A DNA stretch of 64,000 bases from positions 1,408,001 to 1,472,000 of the forward strand of contig OZ251459.1 in the NCBI GenBank assembly GCA_965242525.1, written 5' to 3'. Every line of letters begins with the position of its first letter. Positions within the stretch are counted from its first letter, which is position 1. The position numbers and the translations under genes were made by a program. The notes under the pieces are model-generated. The model was not told the origin of the DNA. It made no database searches and worked only from the letters and a program-made list of their open reading frames with translations. This DNA comes from an uncultured Candidatus Binatia bacterium (GTDB lineage Bacteria > Desulfobacterota > Binatia > UBA9968 > JAJDTQ01). Below are positions 55,554 to 64,000 of the stretch, one piece after another.

Positions 55554-57089
55554 ATGCGTTACGGATTCGTCATCGACCAGAACCGCTGCATCGGTTGCCA
55601 CGCCTGCACCGTGGCCTGCAAGGACGAGCACGACGTGCCCGTGGGAGTCAACCGGACCTGGGTCAAGTACATCGAGAAAGGCGCCTTCCCGGCCACCAGC
55701 CGCCATTTCGCGGTGCTCCGGTGCAACCATTGCGACGACGCGCCGTGCATCGAGATCTGCCCCACGGTGGCGCTCTACCGGAGCTCCAACGGCATCGTCG
55801 ATTTCGACGGCGACCGCTGCATCGGTTGCAAGTCGTGCATGCAGGCGTGCCCCTACGACGCCCTCTACATCGACCCCGACCACAACACCGCGGCCAAGTG
55901 CAACTTCTGCGCGCACCGGGTGGAGCTCGGGCTGCAACCCGCCTGCGAGGTGGTGTGCCCGACCCAGGCCATACTGTCCGGCGACCTGGACGACCCCGAC
56001 AGCCCCGTCAGCCGCACGGTGGCCACCCGGAAGGTCTCCCTCCGAAAACCCCACAAGGGCACCCACCCCAAGCTCTTCTACGTGGGCGTGGAGGAAGACG
56101 CGCTCCAGCCGGGCATGACCGAGACCGGGGCCACCCACTTCTGGGCCGACAAGCACCCGGGGGAGGACCTGCTGGCGCTCTCCCCGTCCCGGCGCGGGAA
56201 CCCGCCTCCCGGGAGCGCCCGGGAGGTCTATGACGCGCCCCACCCGCGGCCCTGGGGGTCGAAGATCGCCGCCTACCTCTGGACCAAGTCCATCGGCTCC
56301 GGGGTGCTGCTGGTGGCGGCGTTGCTCATGCTCTTGGGACGGAGCCCGGAGGGGCCGCTGCTGAACACCGTGAGCCCGCTCCTCGCGCTGGCGTTCACCG
56401 GTCTCACCACCGGCCTGCTGGTCTTCGACCTCAAGCGGCCCGACCGCTTCTACTACCTGCTGACCAAGCCCAACCTCCGCTCGTGGCTGGTGCTGGGAGG
56501 GTACATCCTCATGGCCTACTCCCTGGCGAGCGTCCTCTGGCTGGCGTACGGGGCCGGCGCCGGCAGCGTGCCGGCGTGGGTGGCGGCCGTCTGCGGCGTC
56601 CTCGGGGTCGGCTCCGCGGGCTATTCCGCGTTCCTGTTCGCCCAGGCCAAGGGCCGCGACCTGTGGCAGAGTCCCCTCTTCCTCTGGCACCTGCTGGCCC
56701 AGGCCGTCACCGCGGGGGCCGCGGCCCTCATCCTGGCGGGCCTCGCCACCGGCCTGCAAGGCCAGGCCATGGCCGCGGTGGGGACCGTCCTGCTGGCGTC
56801 GCTGGTGCTCACCGCGGCCCTGCTGCTGGGGGAGATGACGCTCACGCCCGTCACCGAAGACGTGCGCCGGGCCATCGACCTGCTCATCCGGGGCGCCCTC
56901 CGGGAGCGGTTCTGGGGGCTGGCGGTGGCGGTGGGCATCGTCCTGCCGGTGGCCTTCCTCATCTGGGCCGGCGCCCAGGAGCCGGCGTCCTGGTTCCTGC
57001 ACTCCCTTGCCGCGGTGCTGGCCCTGGCGGGACTCTGGGCGTTCGAGAGGCTGTGGGTGGAGGCCGGGCAAGCCGTGCCGCTCAGTTGA
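55554..57089 (+). CDS. Fused 4x[4Fe-4S] ferredoxin + NrfD/PsrC-type membrane anchor
   Basis: CIGCHACTVAC, CNHCDDAPCIEICP, CIGCKSCMQACPY and KCNFC motifs, then about 8 TM with DLKRPDRF...SWL. Confidence 0.9.
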   Translation: MRYGFVIDQNRCIGCHACTVACKDEHDVPVGVNRTWVKYIEKGAFPATSRHFAVLRCNHCDDAPCIEICPTVALYRSSNGIVDFDGDRCIGCKSCMQACPYDALYIDPDHNTAAKCNFCAHRVELGLQPACEVVCPTQAILSGDLDDPDSPVSRTVATRKVSLRKPHKGTHPKLFYVGVEEDALQPGMTETGATHFWADKHPGEDLLALSPSRRGNPPPGSAREVYDAPHPRPWGSKIAAYLWTKSIGSGVLLVAALLMLLGRSPEGPLLNTVSPLLALAFTGLTTGLLVFDLKRPDRFYYLLTKPNLRSWLVLGGYILMAYSLASVLWLAYGAGAGSVPAWVAAVCGVLGVGSAGYSAFLFAQAKGRDLWQSPLFLWHLLAQAVTAGAAALILAGLATGLQGQAMAAVGTVLLASLVLTAALLLGEMTLTPVTEDVRRAIDLLIRGALRERFWGLAVAVGIVLPVAFLIWAGAQEPASWFLHSLAAVLALAGLWAFERLWVEAGQAVPLS

Positions 57090-57104
57090 CGAGAGGAACC
57101 CCTG

Positions 57105-59936
57105 ATGAAGGACGAGATGCAACCCCTGAGCCCCGACGCCGCCAACCTGGAGCCGCCTGCGGGAGGACTCCGCAGCTTCCCGCCCCGGGAACGCTGGTCG
57201 GACTGGACCGAGTACGACGCGGCCGCGTGGCCCAAACGGGTGGAACGGCGCTACGACCTGGTCCCCACCATCTGCTTCAACTGCGAGGCCGCGTGCGGCC
57301 TGCTGGCCTACGTGGACAAGGAAACCCTGAAGGTGCGCAAGTTCGAGGGCAACCCGGAGCACCCCGGCAGCCGGGGCCGGAACTGCGCCAAGGGCCCGGC
57401 CACCATCAACCAGGTCCACGACCCCGAGCGCATACTCTACCCCATGAAGCGCGTGGGGCCCCGGGGCGGCGGCCGGTGGGAGCGGGTGAGCTGGGACGAA
57501 GCGCTGGACGACATGGCCGGAAGGATCCGCAAGGCATTGGAGGAAGGCCGGCGCAACGAGGTCATGTACCACGTGGGGCGGCCCGGCCACGAGTTGCTCT
57601 ACCACCAGCGCATCATGCACGCCTGGGGCATCGACGCCCACAACAGCCACACCAACGTCTGCTCCGCGGGGGCCCGCACCGGCTACGCGTTCTGGTGCGG
57701 CATCGACCGCCCCTCCCCCGACCACGCCAACGCCCGCTTCATGCTGCTGCTGAGCTCCCACCTGGAGACCGGCCACTACTTCAACCCCCACGCCCAGCGC
57801 ATCATCGAGGCCAAGGAACGGGGCGCCAAGGTCTGCGTCATCGACACGCGCCTGTCCAACACCGCGTCCAAGGCCGACTACTGGATGGCCACCTGGCCCG
57901 GCACCGAGGCCGCGGTGCTGCTGGCCATGTGCAACGTGCTGCTCCAGGAGGGCCTCCACGACCGCGAGTTCGTGAGGAAGTGGGTCAACTGGGAGCAGTT
58001 CCTGCGGCAGGAGCACCCGGACGAGCCGCAGACCTTCGAGCGGTTCGAGGAGATCCTCAAGACCCTCTACGGGCAGTACACGCCGGAGTTCGCCGCGGCC
58101 GAGTCCGGGGTGGACCCGGCCATGATCGTGGAGGTGGCCCATGAGGCGGCCCGGGCCGGCTCCGCCCTGGCCACCCACGTGTGGCGCAACGCCGCGGCCG
58201 GCAACCTGGGAGGCTGGGAGGTGGCCCGGGCGCTGGAGTTCCTGGTGGTGCTGTTGGGCGCGGTGGGAACCCCCGGCGGCACCGCGCCCAACGCCTGGAA
58301 CAAGTTCGTGCCCGCCCCGCCCATGATGCCGCCGCCGGCCAAGGCGTGGAACGAGCTCATGTATCCTCCGGAATACCCGCTGGCGTTCTTCGAGATGAGC
58401 TTCCTGCTGCCGCACCTGGTCAAGGAAGGACGGGGCAAGCTGGCCATGTACTTCACCCGGGTCTACAACCCCGTGTGGACCAACCCCGACGGCATGAGCT
58501 GGATCGAGATGCTGGGCGACGAGGCCAAGGTGGAGCGCCACGCGTGCCTCACGCCCACCTGGAGCGAGACCGCCTGGTTCGCGGACTACGTGCTGCCCAT
58601 GGGCCTAGCGTCCGAGCGCCACGACCTCATGAGCCAGGAGACCCATTCGGCGCGCTGGATCGGCTTTCGCCAGCCGGTGCTGCGGGTGGCCCTGGAACGG
58701 CGGGGCAAGACCTTCGCCAGCACCTGGGATGCGCACCGGGAGGCCGGCCTCGGGGAGGTGTGGGAAGAGGACGAGTTCTGGATCGAGTTGTCCTGGCGCA
58801 TCGACCCGGACGGCGCCCTGGGCATCCGCAAGTACTTCGAGTCCCCCTACCGGCCGGGCGAGAAGCTCACCGTAGCCGATTACTACCGCTGGATCTTCGA
58901 GAACAGCGTGCCGGGACTGCCGGAGGCGGCCGCGAAGGAGGATATCTCGCCGCTGGAATACATGCGCCGGTACGGAGCCTTCCTGGTGGCCGAGGACATC
59001 TACGAGAGCCACGCCGCGGAGCTCAAGCCCGAGGACATGGAGGACGCCGCGGTGGACCCGGTGACGAAGGTCATCGCCCGGAACGGGGCCGCGGTCGGCG
59101 TGGAGGTGGACGGCAAGGCCCGCGTGGGCTTTCCCACGCCCTCGCGCAAGCTCGAATTCTATTCCGAGACCCTCAAGGACTGGAAGTGGCCCGAGCACCG
59201 GTTCCCGGGATACATCAAGAGCCACGTGCACCCGTCCCACATCGACGGGGCCAAGGGAGAGATGCTGCTCCTGCCGACGTTCCGGCTGCCCACCCTCATC
59301 CACAGCCGTTCGGCCAACGCCAAGTGGCTCTACGAGATCTCGCACAAGAACCCCCTGTGGCTGCATCCGCAGGACGCCCGGCGGCTGGAGGCGTCCACCG
59401 GGGACCTGCTCAAGGTCCACACCGAGATCGGGTACTTCGTGGACCGGGTGTGGGTCACCGAGGGGATCCGGCCCGGGGTGGTGGCGTGCTCGCACCACCT
59501 GGGGCGCTGGCGCCTGGAGGAGGAGACCGGCGGCGGCCGCTTCGCCACCGCCCTGGTGAAACTGGAGCAGGTGGAGCCCGGGCAATGGATGATGCGCCAA
59601 GTCCACGGCGTCCGGCCGTTCGAGAGCGCGGACAAGGACTCCGGGCGGGTGTGGTGGCAGGAAGCCGGCGTCCACCAGAACCTCACCTTTCCGGTGCAGC
59701 CCGACAACATCAGCGGACAGCACTGCTGGCACCAGAAGGTCCGGGTGGTGAGGCCCGGCCCGGACGACCGCTACGGCGACGTCTTCGTGGACACGAACAA
59801 GTCCCACGAGGTCTATAAAAGGTGGCTCAAGCTGACGCGGCCCGCGCCGGGGCCGGGCAACCTGCGCCGCCCGCTGTGGCTCCTGCGCGCCTACAAGCCG
59901 GCGCCGGAAGCCTACCGGTTCGAGCCCAAGGAGTGA
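57105..59936 (+). CDS. DMSO-reductase-superfamily molybdopterin oxidoreductase catalytic subunit
   Basis: TICFNCEAACGL...NCAKG [4Fe-4S], RILYPMKR, WERVSWDEAL, HTNVCS, ADYVLP; no twin-arginine signal. Confidence 0.9.
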   Translation: MKDEMQPLSPDAANLEPPAGGLRSFPPRERWSDWTEYDAAAWPKRVERRYDLVPTICFNCEAACGLLAYVDKETLKVRKFEGNPEHPGSRGRNCAKGPATINQVHDPERILYPMKRVGPRGGGRWERVSWDEALDDMAGRIRKALEEGRRNEVMYHVGRPGHELLYHQRIMHAWGIDAHNSHTNVCSAGARTGYAFWCGIDRPSPDHANARFMLLLSSHLETGHYFNPHAQRIIEAKERGAKVCVIDTRLSNTASKADYWMATWPGTEAAVLLAMCNVLLQEGLHDREFVRKWVNWEQFLRQEHPDEPQTFERFEEILKTLYGQYTPEFAAAESGVDPAMIVEVAHEAARAGSALATHVWRNAAAGNLGGWEVARALEFLVVLLGAVGTPGGTAPNAWNKFVPAPPMMPPPAKAWNELMYPPEYPLAFFEMSFLLPHLVKEGRGKLAMYFTRVYNPVWTNPDGMSWIEMLGDEAKVERHACLTPTWSETAWFADYVLPMGLASERHDLMSQETHSARWIGFRQPVLRVALERRGKTFASTWDAHREAGLGEVWEEDEFWIELSWRIDPDGALGIRKYFESPYRPGEKLTVADYYRWIFENSVPGLPEAAAKEDISPLEYMRRYGAFLVAEDIYESHAAELKPEDMEDAAVDPVTKVIARNGAAVGVEVDGKARVGFPTPSRKLEFYSETLKDWKWPEHRFPGYIKSHVHPSHIDGAKGEMLLLPTFRLPTLIHSRSANAKWLYEISHKNPLWLHPQDARRLEASTGDLLKVHTEIGYFVDRVWVTEGIRPGVVACSHHLGRWRLEEETGGGRFATALVKLEQVEPGQWMMRQVHGVRPFESADKDSGRVWWQEAGVHQNLTFPVQPDNISGQHCWHQKVRVVRPGPDDRYGDVFVDTNKSHEVYKRWLKLTRPAPGPGNLRRPLWLLRAYKPAPEAYRFEPKE

Positions 59937-60060
59937 CGCGCCGGCGGACGGCGCGGACGCCCTCTCCCTTGATACGGCCATGCCGCATATAGTAGAGAGA
60001 CGGTTCCCGCGCGCGGGGAAGGATCGGGCAGGGGTCCGACACCCGGAAAGGATGGATGCA

Positions 60061-60675
60061 ATGGGAGATGTCTTCCGCGCCTGCGTCTTCGGTCTCGCGG
60101 CGATGGCGCTCCTTGCGTCGCAAGCCCCCGCCCAGGACCTGGAACAGGGGCCGTACGCCATCGTCGGCGGTTCCCTCGTCATACCGAAGGACGTGAGCGG
60201 CCACGGCGACGAGCTGCGGTTCGACAACGGCTTCGGCATCAACGTCTCGGGCGGCTACGTGTTCGAGAACTTCGTGTTGGACCTGGAAGTGGGGTACCGG
60301 AGCGCCGAAGCGGATGAATTGGTGGTGGACGGAGCCAAGACGCCTCTCTCGGACCTCTCCATCGACCTCACCTCATGGTCGTTCATGACCAACACCTACT
60401 TCGCCCTGCCCGTGGGCGGGGGCCTGATCGCGTACGTGGGGGGAGGCCTGGGCCTCGGCCTCGTCGAGATCCAAGCGTCGAGGGCCGTGCCGGGCCTCCA
60501 GCTTGCCGGCTCCAAGGCCGACGCCTCGTTCGCCTACCAGTTCATGGCGGGCGCCGCTTACGCCTTCACCCAAGGAATGGAGTTGTTCGCCGGATACCGC
60601 TTCACGGGTTCCACCTACGAGTCCGCAGACGTCCACACGCACGACGTCGAAGGAGGACTGCGGTTCGTGTTCTGA
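60061..60675 (+). CDS. Outer-membrane beta-barrel protein (OmpA-TM/Opa-like, 8-strand)
   Basis: Signal peptide; YVGGGLG, FAYQFMAG, GYRF; terminal GLRFVF. Confidence 0.85.
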   Translation: MGDVFRACVFGLAAMALLASQAPAQDLEQGPYAIVGGSLVIPKDVSGHGDELRFDNGFGINVSGGYVFENFVLDLEVGYRSAEADELVVDGAKTPLSDLSIDLTSWSFMTNTYFALPVGGGLIAYVGGGLGLGLVEIQASRAVPGLQLAGSKADASFAYQFMAGAAYAFTQGMELFAGYRFTGSTYESADVHTHDVEGGLRFVF

Positions 60676-60778
60676 GCGGCACCGGACTTTCCGCAAGGCG
60701 GGCGGGGCCGGGGCGCTGCCGCGGACCGGGGCACGGCCCCCGGCAGCGTGACCATGCATCGGTGACAGGAGTTACGAC

Positions 60779-62263
60779 GTGTTCGAAGCAATGGCCGACG
60801 GGCTTACCGCGCTCCTGAGCGTGGAACGGTTTCTGTTCATGACCTTCGGGGTGCTGGTGGGCATGGCGCTGGGGGCCATCCCCGGTCTCGGCGGCGTGGT
60901 GGGCCTCGCCCTGCTGCTGCCGTTCACCTTCGACATGGACCCCACCGCGGCCATCGCCATGCTGGTGGCCCTGTCCTCGGTCCCGGTCACCACCGACACC
61001 ATCCCCTCGGTGCTCTTCGCGGTGCCGGGCACCGTGGGCTCCCAGGCCACCATCCTGGACGGCCACCCCATGGCCCGCAAGGGCGAGGCGGGACGCGCCT
61101 TCGGCGCCGCCTATTTCTCGTCCCTGTTGGGGGGCATCGTCGGCGCCGTGATCCTCGGCATGCTCATCCCCGTGCTCAAACCGCTGGTGCTGCTGTTCGC
61201 CGCACCGGAGCTCTTCTCGCTGGGCATCATGGGCATCTCCATGGTGGCCATCCTGAGCGGCCGGGTGCCCCTCAAGGGCATCGTGGCCGGCGGCATGGGG
61301 CTGCTGCTCTCGATGATCGGCATCGACAAGCAGGAAGGGCTGCTGCGCTGGACCTTCGATTCCCTCTACCTGTTCGACGGCCTGAACATCATCGTGGTGA
61401 GCCTGGGGCTGTTCGCGCTGCCCGAGCTGGCCGACATGGTGATCGAGGGCAAGCAGATCAGCAGCGTGCCCAAGCAGGCCATGAAAGGGGTGGGGCACGG
61501 CATACGCGACGTGTTCGTGAACTGGTGGCTGATGCTGCGCTGCGCCTTCCTGGGGACCTGGATCGGCATCATCCCCGGCCTGGGGTCCGCGGTGGTGGAC
61601 TGGCTGGCCTACGGACACGCCAAGTCCACCTGCCGGGACGCGGCCGGCAGCTTCGGCAGCGGGGACGTGCGCGGGGTCATCGCCCCCGAGAGCGCCAACA
61701 ACGCCAAGCAGGGAGGCGCGCTGGTGCCCACCCTGGCCTTCGGCATCCCCGGCAGCGCCTCCATGGCGCTGCTCATCGGCGCCTTCATGATCCACGGCCT
61801 CCAGCCCGGTCCGGCCATGCTGAACCAGCACCTGGACATCACCTACTCCATCGTGTGGAGCACCGCCATCGCCAACGTCATGGCCACGGCCATCGCCCTG
61901 GGGTTCACCAACCAGTTGGCCAAGCTCTCCTCGGTGCGCATCAACATCCTGGCGCCGCTGGTGACGGTGGTGGTGTTCCTCGCCGCCTACCAGGCCACCG
62001 CCAGCATCTTCGACCTGGTGACGGTGCTGGTCTTCGGACTGCTGGGATGGGTCATGAAACGGTGCGGCTGGCCCCGGCCGCCGCTGCTGCTGGGTTTCCT
62101 GCTGGGCGGGCTCATCGAGCGGTACCTCTTCATTTCCGTCCGCGCCTACGGCGCCGCGTTCCTGGTGAGGCCCCTGGTGCTGGTGGTCCTGGCGGTCACC
62201 ATCGCGACCATCTATTACAGCGTGGTGCAGGAACGCAAGGTGCGGAAACTCGCGGGAGAATGA
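60779..62263 (+). CDS. tctA: Tripartite tricarboxylate transporter large permease
   Basis: GAIPGLG, PGT, LDGHPMARKGEAGRA, GVIAPESANNA, PTLAFGIPGS. Confidence 0.92.
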   Translation: MFEAMADGLTALLSVERFLFMTFGVLVGMALGAIPGLGGVVGLALLLPFTFDMDPTAAIAMLVALSSVPVTTDTIPSVLFAVPGTVGSQATILDGHPMARKGEAGRAFGAAYFSSLLGGIVGAVILGMLIPVLKPLVLLFAAPELFSLGIMGISMVAILSGRVPLKGIVAGGMGLLLSMIGIDKQEGLLRWTFDSLYLFDGLNIIVVSLGLFALPELADMVIEGKQISSVPKQAMKGVGHGIRDVFVNWWLMLRCAFLGTWIGIIPGLGSAVVDWLAYGHAKSTCRDAAGSFGSGDVRGVIAPESANNAKQGGALVPTLAFGIPGSASMALLIGAFMIHGLQPGPAMLNQHLDITYSIVWSTAIANVMATAIALGFTNQLAKLSSVRINILAPLVTVVVFLAAYQATASIFDLVTVLVFGLLGWVMKRCGWPRPPLLLGFLLGGLIERYLFISVRAYGAAFLVRPLVLVVLAVTIATIYYSVVQERKVRKLAGE

Positions 62264-62781
62264 CCATGCGCGTCACCCCTTCGCTGCTGTTCACGCTGTT
62301 CGTGGCCGTGGTGGCCGCGGGCTGCGTCTATACCGCCAGGGACTGGCCCCTGGGCACCGGCCTGTTCCCCCGGTTCGTGGGCATCCCCGTGCTGGTGATG
62401 TCGTTGCTGCAGCTCGTCATGGACGGCTACCGCTCCGTGCGGTCGTCCGGCGCGGGCGTCCGGGACACTGGCGACCTGCAGGTGGACTGGACCATGTCCG
62501 CGGCCGAAGTGGCGGCCCGGGGCCTCGTCTTCGCCGCCTGGCTCCTGGGCATGTTCTTCGGCATCCTGCTGTTCGGCTTCTTCATCACCGTGCCGGTCTT
62601 CACGCTGCTGTACCTGAAGTACCAGGCCAAGGAGAGGTGGCCGTTGACCCTGTGGCTCACCGCGGGGATGCTGGTGTTCTTCGTGGGCGTGTTCGACCAG
62701 ATCCTGCACATCCACTGGCTGGCGCCGGTCATCGCCGGTCCCGAGCTCTTCCTCAAGGGGATCATGCCCTGGCTGGGCTGA
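62260..62781 (+). CDS. tctB: Tripartite tricarboxylate transporter small permease
   Basis: ATGA overlap with tctA; 4-5 TM; LFPRFVG; FDQILHIHW. Confidence 0.8.
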   Translation: MTMRVTPSLLFTLFVAVVAAGCVYTARDWPLGTGLFPRFVGIPVLVMSLLQLVMDGYRSVRSSGAGVRDTGDLQVDWTMSAAEVAARGLVFAAWLLGMFFGILLFGFFITVPVFTLLYLKYQAKERWPLTLWLTAGMLVFFVGVFDQILHIHWLAPVIAGPELFLKGIMPWLG

Positions 62782-62827
62782 CCCCGGCCTTTCCGATTTT
62801 CGCCCGCGCCCGGCCCGGAAAAAAACC

Positions 62828-62866
62828 GGGGGCGCCGGAGAACGGAAGTCTCCGGCGCCCCCTTTT
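62828..62866. terminator. Intrinsic terminator between convergent tctB and tctC, probably bidirectional
   Basis: 14-bp stem GGGGGCGCCGGAGA/TCTCCGGCGCCCCC with a 7-nt loop, TTTT on the right and an A-run on the left. Confidence 0.85.
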
Positions 62867-62892
62867 CGAGCGCCCGACGGTGTCGGCCCGCG

Positions 62893-63924
62893 CTATTTCT
62901 TGGGCGCGAAGATCTGCTTCACGATGGCCTTGTCCTCGGGCGCGGCCCCGAGGGAATCCTTCCACATCTTCTGGAGGTTCGCGCCGGTGGTGGGGTTGAC
63001 GGGCCGCTTGAGCTTCTTCGCTTCCGCCAGGAACTTCGGGTCCTTCACGGTGTCGTCGAAGGCCTTGCGCATGAGCGCCACCCGGTCCGCGGGGACTCCC
63101 GGCGGCATGGCGTAGGGACGCCCGTAGCGCGAGAGCAGGAACGTGGCCCGCACCAGGTTCTTCTGCTTCGGGGTCGTGGCGAGGGACTCCAGCAGCGGGG
63201 CGTCGGGGAACTCCGGACTCTTCTTCCCCTCCACCGTGCCGGTCTGGGCCAGCATGACGATGTCGCCCGCCTTCCACATGTCCCCGAGCTGGTCCAGGAA
63301 CGAGGAGGTCACGTTGCCCGACACGTCCACCTCGCCCTGCCGGAAGGCCAGGCTGTACTGGCGCGCGCCCGGATAGCCGAACACGTACTCGAACAGCTTC
63401 TCGCCCCGCAGCTTCTCCAGGATGTTCCCCAGCACGAACCCGCTGGACTGGTTTCCGCTGATGCCGACCCGGGCCAGCTTGCCCGACTGCTTGATGTCGT
63501 CCAGCGACTGGAACCGATCCTTGCGGCTGTAGATCAGGCCGTTCTCGATGACGATGACGCCGATGGCGTTCATCTTGTCGAAGTCGAAGCCGGCCCGGGG
63601 ATCCCCCACCACCTGCCAGTTCCACACCCCCCAGTTGATCTGCTCCATCACCGTGCCGTCGCGCCGCGCCTTGTTGTAGAGGTAGCTGGCCGCCCGGAGG
63701 CCCCCCGCCCCCGGCATGTTCTGCACGATGATCGAGGGGTTGCCCGGGATGTGCCTCCCGATATGGCGCGCGAGCAGCCGCGAGTAGGTGTCGTTGCCGC
63801 CGCCGGGTGACGACGACACGATCAGCCGGACCTTCTTGCCCTCGTAGAAATCGTCGGCCGCCCCTGCCGCACCTGCTCCGAGCAGGAAGAGCGCGAGCGC
63901 CGCAAGACCCAATACAGACTGCAT
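62893..63924 (-). CDS. tctC: Tripartite tricarboxylate transporter substrate-binding protein (Bug/TctC family)
   Basis: Signal peptide; FYEGKKVRLIV...PGGGNDTYSRLLARH...IPGNPSIIVQNMPGAGG. Confidence 0.9.
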   Translation of the reverse strand: MQSVLGLAALALFLLGAGAAGAADDFYEGKKVRLIVSSSPGGGNDTYSRLLARHIGRHIPGNPSIIVQNMPGAGGLRAASYLYNKARRDGTVMEQINWGVWNWQVVGDPRAGFDFDKMNAIGVIVIENGLIYSRKDRFQSLDDIKQSGKLARVGISGNQSSGFVLGNILEKLRGEKLFEYVFGYPGARQYSLAFRQGEVDVSGNVTSSFLDQLGDMWKAGDIVMLAQTGTVEGKKSPEFPDAPLLESLATTPKQKNLVRATFLLSRYGRPYAMPPGVPADRVALMRKAFDDTVKDPKFLAEAKKLKRPVNPTTGANLQKMWKDSLGAAPEDKAIVKQIFAPKK

Positions 63925-64000
63925 CGTGTTACCTCCCAGGTTGTTGCCCATGTCCCGGACCACGGGACCGCGGTCCGACTTCACGACCTGCTCCTACTTC

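Overview
High-GC bacterial window. The gene content (TctABC, LLM oxidoreductase, xanthine-dehydrogenase family, Mrp antiporter, DUF1640-type repeat protein) suggests an uncultured deltaproteobacterial/Binatia-like organism, but that is inference only. Positions 1-10.5 kb and 34.2-64 kb hold metabolic and transport genes. Positions ~10.7-34.1 kb form a co-oriented (minus-strand) defence island with no integrase, tRNA or att site visible. Its backbone is a four-gene restriction-like (Gao RL-type) system: DUF499 ATPase, small protein, DUF1156 DNA methyltransferase and PLD-SNF2 helicase. About 10.8 kb of cargo sits between genes 2 and 3, mostly with overlapping or abutting start/stop codons. The cargo comprises a small membrane peptide, Septu-like PtuAB copy 2, an uncharacterised pair of P-loop ATPases, a Menshen-like triad (DUF262, DUF3696 ATPase, putative RNase), a decayed second copy of the 3' end of RL gene 2, and PtuAB copy 1. 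The methyltransferase carries a ~40 x 9-nt in-frame repeat expansion. A REP-like dispersed repeat occurs six times. No CRISPR array, rRNA, tRNA, reverse transcriptase or transposase was found. All family calls come from reading motifs by eye, not from database searches.
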